Assembly: GCA_002104945.1 (NCBI GenBank)
Contig: MCFH01000007.1
Location: 682,001-746,000, forward strand
Direction: 5' to 3'
Origin: Piromyces finnis finn
Taxonomy: Eukaryota > Fungi > Neocallimastigomycota
Length of the DNA: 64,000 bases
Each line of letters begins with the position of its first letter. Position 1 is the stretch's first letter. Shown piece by piece: positions 56,766 through 64,000 of the stretch. The position numbers and the translations under genes were made by a program. The notes beneath the pieces are model-generated. The model did not search any database. It worked only from the letters and a program-made list of their open reading frames with translations, and had not been told where the DNA came from.

Positions 56766-59700
56766 ATGAGTAATGAACTTTTACAAACTAGTAATCCAAA
56801 TGTTACATCAACAAGAAGAGGAAGTTTAGCCGAGAATATTTTAACTATTAGTCCCTGTAGTAGTTTTGATGTCACTTTAAATACCAATATTATTAATGAA
56901 AATGGAGTATACCAACAAAACCCTGAAAAAAATATTGACATTATTTTTCAAAAGGTAAGAGAACAACTTCAAAATTTGGGTGGTCGTTCAGTTTTAAAAC
57001 TTTATACCATGTTAAATCTTGAAAGATTGCTTCGTGAAACAAATAATACCGAATCTTCCAGTCGAAATAACGTCAATGATACAAATGATACAACCATAGG
57101 TGGCGGTGGAGATGGTGGTAATACTAGTTCTTATAATATGATCAATAATAATAATTCGGGAAGTAATAATAATAATAATAAGGTGTTAACTCTGGAAGCC
57201 AGTAGAACTGCAAATAGTTCATTTGTAGGTGTGGTTAGTTCCTGTGCTAGTAGTTTAGGTATATCCTCTATCACCCCTGGAAAAACTTCCTCAGGTACAT
57301 CAAAAATATTTACTAATGACCTCTTTTTAGATCAACCACCAACACAACCTGTAAGAAGAGGAAGTATGGTAACTCCAAAGGTTAATAATAATGATTATAA
57401 TTCCTATTATAAAATAAATGGTAAGAGGAAGCAAAAACTAAAAAAAAAAAATGAAAATATATAGAAAAGATAATAATATTAATGTTATTAAAAAAAAAAA
57501 AAAAAAAAAAAAACTTTTTTTTTTTACATACATTATTTATTAATATACATAATAATATTATTAATATATACATTTCTATTTATAATAATACCTTTTTTTT
57601 TTTTTTTTTTTTAAAAAAAAATCATATAAAATCATATATTAAATATATACATAATATACATACATCATATATATATTCCATTTCAAAATTATATCGTATT
57701 TATATAACGATTAAATTCAATGAAATAAAATTATGAAAAATAAATGAATATACTTTATAAAAAATTTTGAATTCACACACAACTACACACACACACACAC
57801 ACACACACACCTACATATACCCCTACCTACCTACCTACTGACACACTAAAAAAAAAAAACTATAATTATTATATATTAAAGAAAGAAGATATAGTCATTC
57901 TCGTCCAAGAACAAATAGTTTATGTGTAGATCCAAGTATGTATAAAAACAATAAAATTGTTTTTTCTTCCACTAATAATCAATTAGAACATACCAAATCT
58001 ATTGAAGTTTGTCCAATGAACGATAAAGATGTTCGAAGTAGTAGAATGATTGATGAAAATTCAACTGTTAATACTGCATCTTCAATCACTCCTGCTCCTC
58101 CCAAAAATGATTTATACAATGATAATATATATGTCACTTATGATGAACTTGTGGATGGATGTGTTAGAGTTGGCCTTGTTTTAACAACTCAAGTAAGCAA
58201 AAAAAAAAAAAAAGAAAAAGAAAATGTTAAATGATTAAATTTTATTTTTTTATAATATATTATATTTCTTTAACATCTCAATTTTATTTTTTTAATGATT
58301 TATTTATAAAATTCTTTTATATCTATCATGAATCTAGGAATACGAAACATTATTCAAGAATTGCAAATCTAAAAATTGTAAATAATAGTTGATTTTTTTT
58401 TTTAAAAAAATACTATTTTCATTAATTTTTATAATTAATATTTACATATTTATATATATATATATTTAATATAAAAAAATTAAGCTACGGTTGGAATTCA
58501 TCGATTTGTTCTTAGAATTGGAGTAGGCTATATTTTTTTTAAAATTATTTCCTAAATCATTCATAAAAAAAAATAAATAATTTAAGGAAAAATTTTTACC
58601 TTTAAATATAATTCATCATAATGATATACAATTTTTAACTAATATATATATATATTTATAAATATATAAAGGGTGGTTTATCAATTAAACGTTTAGAATT
58701 AGTACAAAATACATTTAAAATGTTGATTAATAATGAAATAACAACACCAAATAATGCTTATATTTTATTAAAAGGTACTTTTTATAATATATATATGGAA
58801 ATAATTTTTTACTTAAACAAAATAAATAAAAAAAAAAAAAAAACTAATATAATATCTTATTTTTAATAATAATAATAAAAAAAAAAGATGCTAAAGCTAA
58901 ATTTTCACCAAATGAACATCCAAGAGTTAAATCTGGTGAACTAACCCCAGAACAAGTTTTATATCCATTTTTATTATTTTTTGAAGCCGATCGACCAGAT
59001 GGGGTGATTGAATTAATTGAATGGGAATATTATTATGCAAGTAAGTAATGAAAAGTTTTTTTATTTTTTTTTTTTTTAAAAAAAAAAGATAATAATATAA
59101 TTTTTTTCGCTTATAATTTTTTATGATTAAATAAATATTTTAGTGATTTCATCGGAAATATCTCAAGATTCATTTTTTGAAAAACAAATGGTTCAATGCT
59201 GGCCGGGATTACAAGTATATGATAAATACAAGGTAAATATAGTATTGTAAAAATATAAAAAAAAAATCTATATATTTATGTATATATATAAATATAAAAT
59301 TTAAATTTTAATAATAATAAATTATTATTACAAAAAAAAAAAAAAAAAAAGACTACCCCCAAAATTAATAATAAACGCAGAAGAATAGTAGCGGAACAAT
59401 TAAATATTATGAATTATATCAGTAAGTATTTTTTTTTTTTTTTTTACATTATTATAATTAACAAATATATAAATAGATAGTTAGGGTGGTGTTAAATATA
59501 TATATATAGTATATAAAATTTTATTTTATTTTACTAATTTTTTTTTTTTAGCAAATAATTATAGAGTTTTTCGAGATTTATTAGATATTGCGTTTATTGA
59601 ATGTGATCAGGATGGTTTACATCATTTAGAAAAAAATGAAGTATACGAAATTCTACGACACCTTTATTTATTAATTCATCAACCGTTCGATGAAAGTTTA

Positions 59701-59850
59701 TTTGACGAAATATGGGTGAGAATTTATAAGGAATTAGAAGATAGTATTTCCATTTCGGATTATGAAGAACATCTTTACAATGCTATTAAAAAGGAAATTA
59801 CTTATATGGAATATGAAATCTTTGTTCATGTTACCGATGAAAATCAATAA
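56766..59850 (+). CDS. Calcyphosin-like EF-hand protein, 9 exons
   Basis: Nine in-frame GT-AG exons can be joined (exon 1 ends at 57420, exon 2 is 57882-58192, last exon ends with TAA at 59850). FSPNEHPRVKSGELTPEQVLYPFLLFFE..PDGVIELIEWEYYYAMISSEISQDSFFEKQMVQCW matches the calcyphosin C-terminal signature (HP...G..T..QV...FL..F...DG.V...E...YY..IS..I..D.YF..M...W). Confidence 0.72.
57785..57811. repeat. (AC)n microsatellite in intron 1 of the calcyphosin-like gene
   Basis: acacacac run. Confidence 0.85.
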
Positions 59851-60642
59851 TTAAATTAAAAAAAAAAAAAAACCCTCCTACAAGTATCATTACTATTACT
59901 ATCACTACCAGACTTTCTTCTAATATACATATATAATATATATATATAAAAGGAATAAATGAAATAATATTATTAATAAATAAAAAAAAAAAAAAAAAAA
60001 AAAAAAAGAAATTAAAAATCTTTCTTTTTCTATTATCATTATTCAATAATAAAAAGAATATATAAAAGATATTTTTAAGATAGATATATTATATGTATTT
60101 TTTTTTTTTTTTATATATTGAAATGAATTCAATATATAAAAAAAAAACTATCGGTGGATAGATTTTTTTTTTTACTTCTTTTTTAAACGCTTTAATACCT
60201 TGACTATCATAAATAATAAATCATTTATCAACACTACTATATATAATATCTATCTATATATCTATCTATCTATATCTATATATATATCTATATATATATA
60301 TATATATAAATACTACTATCTCGTCTATTTTTTAAAAATAAATCTATCTGTCAATTTTTAAAAAAATATTCTTTTTTTTTTTGATTTTTAATTTTATTTA
60401 TTTTTATTTATTTTTTATTTTATTTTATTTATTTATTGTTTTATTATATATATATTTGCAATTTTTTTTTTTTTTAATTTTTAAATTTCTATCATTTCTA
60501 TTTCTATATTATAATACATAAATTATATTATAGGATTAAATTATTGTTTTAGTTATTATAATAGAGGTGAGTGTGTGTAGTAAATTAATGTTTTTGATTA
60601 GTTTGAAAATTTTTTAATTTTTTTTTTTTGTTCAATTTTTAT

Positions 60643-61563
60643 TTATTCTTCATCTTTCTTTTCTTCTTCTTTTTCTTCTTCACCTTCAGCCTTAGTACGT
60701 TGCTTAAGGTTTTCAGAAGTTACATTTTCTTCAACATTTTCAGTTTCAAGAGCTTCAGTTTCTTTTTCTTCTTCTTCTCCTTCTTGCTTCTTTTCTCTAA
60801 GTTCATCAATGGTTTGTTGTAAACCCTTTCTCTTTGGACGGTTAACTAAAAGTAAACTAGCGAATGGGAAGGCACAAAGAATAAAACCAAGAGTACCAAA
60901 GATTGGGTTCTTCTTAAAAGCAGTAATTGGATCCTTCTTGAATTCTTCAGCAAAGACAGCGATCTTTTCCTTTAATCCTGGTTCACCGTTATTCTTTAAC
61001 ATTTCTTCCTTTTCCTTGGCGGCTTCCTTTTCAAATTCAATCATTTCAATCTTGTTCTTAACAACCCAAGTTTGTTTGGCAAATTCTTCAGCATCAGCTT
61101 CACTGTGACCAACGTAAATGTTATCAAACATAATTTGGTTTTGCATAGTCCAGAGTTCAAAACCAATAGCAGTCATTGGTTCAAAGTTGTGTGGTTCGTT
61201 GTCTTCGTAATAGTTTGGATTTGCTGTTTTTTTTTTTTTTTTTTTTTTTTTTACATATATAGGTATTGATTATTAATATATTTACTTTAAAAAAAAAAAA
61301 AAACAATTATATATATACAATTTTTAATTTTTAGATAGAATGGTTATAATACATACGAATCTTTCTTGGAGCCCATGGACCCTTGTAATCTGGATTGTCA
61401 ATGTATGGAGCCTTCCATTTACCCTTGAATTCTGGGTTCTTCTTCATTGGACGAGTCCATTCACCACAGTTGTTGTTTTCACATTTTGGATTTGCTATTT
61501 TTTATTTATTTATTTATTTATTATTGTAAATTAACATATATACAATTAATATAATCAAATTTC

Positions 61564-61595
<32 letters not shown>

Positions 61596-62446
61596 CGTTC
61601 AATAATCCTATACTAAAACTATTTATTATTCATTTTCCTTTTTATAAATTATGAATACAAGTAAAATACTTACGAATTTGAACTGGAACCCATTCACCAT
61701 CTTCTTCATCATCCCTATATATATATATATATTTTGAAAATATATTAATATTTTGTTTTCCTATATCAAAATTTATAAATATAATCCCATTTTTTTTTAT
61801 ATTTACCAATCTTCTGGCTTAACAGCATCTGGATCGTTAATCATTTCTGGTTCGTCATCTAACCAATCATCTGGCTTAACAGCATCTTCATCTGGAATCA
61901 TTTCTGGGGCATCTTCATCCCAATCTTCTGGCTTAGTAGCTTCTGGGTCTGGAATCCTATTTTTCAAAGATTTAAATAATAATAATAATAAATAAATCAA
62001 TAAATAAGCATTATTGATTTAAAAAAAATTTATTTTTTTTTCTGAATGCTTTTTTTATTTATCAAGAAATTAAAACTTACTTGGCAATATCAACCCAATC
62101 TTCTGGTTTCTTGTCTTCTGGATCATCAATTTCCTTTGGTGGATTAACAGATGGCTTGAAGCTTTCAAGAAGGTTACCAGTAGTAGCAGTCTTGTTGTTG
62201 ATTTTAATTTCAAAGGTATTATCTGGACGAACAATTAAAGTGTATAAGACAGTAGTCTTTTCAATCTTAGCTTGTGGTGGGGTTTCTAAGTGTTTTTCTT
62301 CATATTCACCAGTAATTGGGTTCTTGTGGCGGAAAATGAAGTGAACTCTGTTAGTACTACCACATCTATCTGGACCGAACACTTTTTTTTTTTTATAAAA
62401 TTTCAAATTTTTAAATGATTATATAATTAATATTTGTTATACATTT

Positions 62447-62488
<42 letters not shown>

Positions 62489-63367
62489 AGATAAAAGATG
62501 AAATTATATTGAATAGTTACTAATAACGTATGGAGTCTTATCATTGTAGTTCTTTGGATCGTATTCTTCATCTTGCTTCTTAATTAATTTTAAGTAAGCA
62601 CCACCGCATTCTAAGTTGTTTTGTAATTTAACTTCATATCTTTAATGAAAAAAATATATTATTATAAATTATTAGTAATTAATTATAAAACAATAATCAT
62701 TACATAATTATTACTATTTTATTTTATACATACTGAACAACAAGAGTTTTTCCTTCATTGTCAATAACTTCTGGGAATTTGGCAGAAATAGCCTTTAATT
62801 AATAACAAATTATAAATTAATAAAAGTGGTAAAAAGTTTTTCATATAAATAAATATAAATATTTACATGGTGAGCAGCGGCAGATTTAACAACAAGACCC
62901 TTGTCACCAATAATGTTCTTGTAAACAGATGGTTCTTCAACAGCCCATTTACCGTTATATTGTAAAAGATTTTCATCATTTTCGCTTTCAGAAATCTTCT
63001 TTGAGTGAGATACTTCCCAGCGTGAATCCCAGGAAGAAGTGAATTGTTCAATGAATGGAGCCTTAATTTCAGTTGGCTGTAGAAGATCATATTATTATTT
63101 TCATATTTTACAATAAAAATATAAATAAAAATAATATAGCACATATTTTTTTTATCTTTAGTATAAATTATTTAATTTTAATTTTAATTTTAATGTTTCT
63201 ATTATACAAATAATAGAACATATTTTTATTATTATAATAAATGAAACATTTTTTTTTATTTTTACCTTAAAAGTTACAACATTCTTGGAAGCATCTTCTT
63301 CAGCAAGAGCTGGAACAAGTAAAGATGCAAGAATACAGAAAACCTTTGTAAAAACTCTTTGCTTCAT
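60643..63367 (-). CDS. cnx1: Calnexin, multi-exon
   Basis: Signal peptide; [14 protein letters not shown]; [18 protein letters not shown]; [21 protein letters not shown]; P-domain repeats [15 protein letters not shown]; [22 protein letters not shown]; [19 protein letters not shown]; a TM helix and an acidic cytosolic tail. Confidence 0.95.
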
Positions 63368-64000
63368 TTTATAGTAAATTTATTTTATTTATTCTATTAT
63401 CATAATAATATAAAAATAACATTTTATTAATTAATAAAACATTGTATTTATTAATTTCTTTTTTTTTTTTTTAAAAAAAATGCAATAAAATAATTTTCAG
63501 AAAAATAATATTGCAATTATAATAATTCATAATTTAACCATAATGTCCCATATGTTAATATATCAAATATTATTATTATTATTATTATTTAATTTTTATT
63601 AACTCTTTGTATACGTGTATTTTTTTCGTTACTTTAATTCCTGTGTGCCAAATAAATACTTTACAAAAATAAATAAAAAGTTTTGATACTTTTTTTTATT
63701 TTCCTTCAAGTTATTTGCTTAAAATACTATTATTTATTATTTTCGTAAAAGTTTTCTTTTATTTTTTTTTACTTTACTTTAACTACATTGTTTATTGATG
63801 CCATCTAATTTTACTACTCAATAATAAAATGTCGTGTATTTTTTTTTTTTTTTTTAAAATAAAAGACATTTAAAAATAGCATTGATAAAAAGCATAGTAT
63901 ATAACAAATATGAATAGGTTTATTGAAAGATAGATATAATTATTTTTACCTTTTATTTTTTTTATTTTATTTTATTTATTTTTTAATTGATTTTTATTTA

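Noticed and set aside
60643-60660. Calnexin ends in KKDEE, resembling KDEL or KKxx signals
   Set aside because: The tail is cytosolic, so KDEL-type retrieval does not apply, and the lysines are at -5/-4 rather than the canonical -4/-3. Likely just a charged tail.

Overview
Extremely AT-rich eukaryotic DNA with GT-AG introns. The gene content (secreted Cel1A-type GH1, CBM18, ricin-B remnant) points to an anaerobic gut fungus (Neocallimastigomycota); this assignment is an inference. The left 37 kb is an amplified locus: six nearly identical, intronless secreted GH1 beta-glucosidase genes in three head-to-head (divergent) pairs spaced about 13-15 kb apart. Each pair carries its own private synonymous variants, and in pair 3 the inverted identity extends about 0.9 kb into the promoters, giving a 6.7-kb palindrome. 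This suggests arm-to-arm gene conversion. Non-LTR retrotransposon pieces are interspersed: a 5'-truncated LINE with poly(A) and a 15-bp TSD, a head-to-tail LINE dimer inside one degenerate TSD, and several remnants, with five of the six GH1 copies having a co-oriented remnant downstream. Between pairs 1 and 2 lie an orphan 542-aa ORF and two pseudogenes. The right part holds a secreted CBM18 + 11x Cys-loop repeat + choice-of-anchor-A-like protein, a small orphan gene, an Mpv17/PMP22-family gene with a very large insertion, a 9-exon calcyphosin-like EF-hand gene and calnexin. No rRNA, tRNA or CRISPR array was seen.
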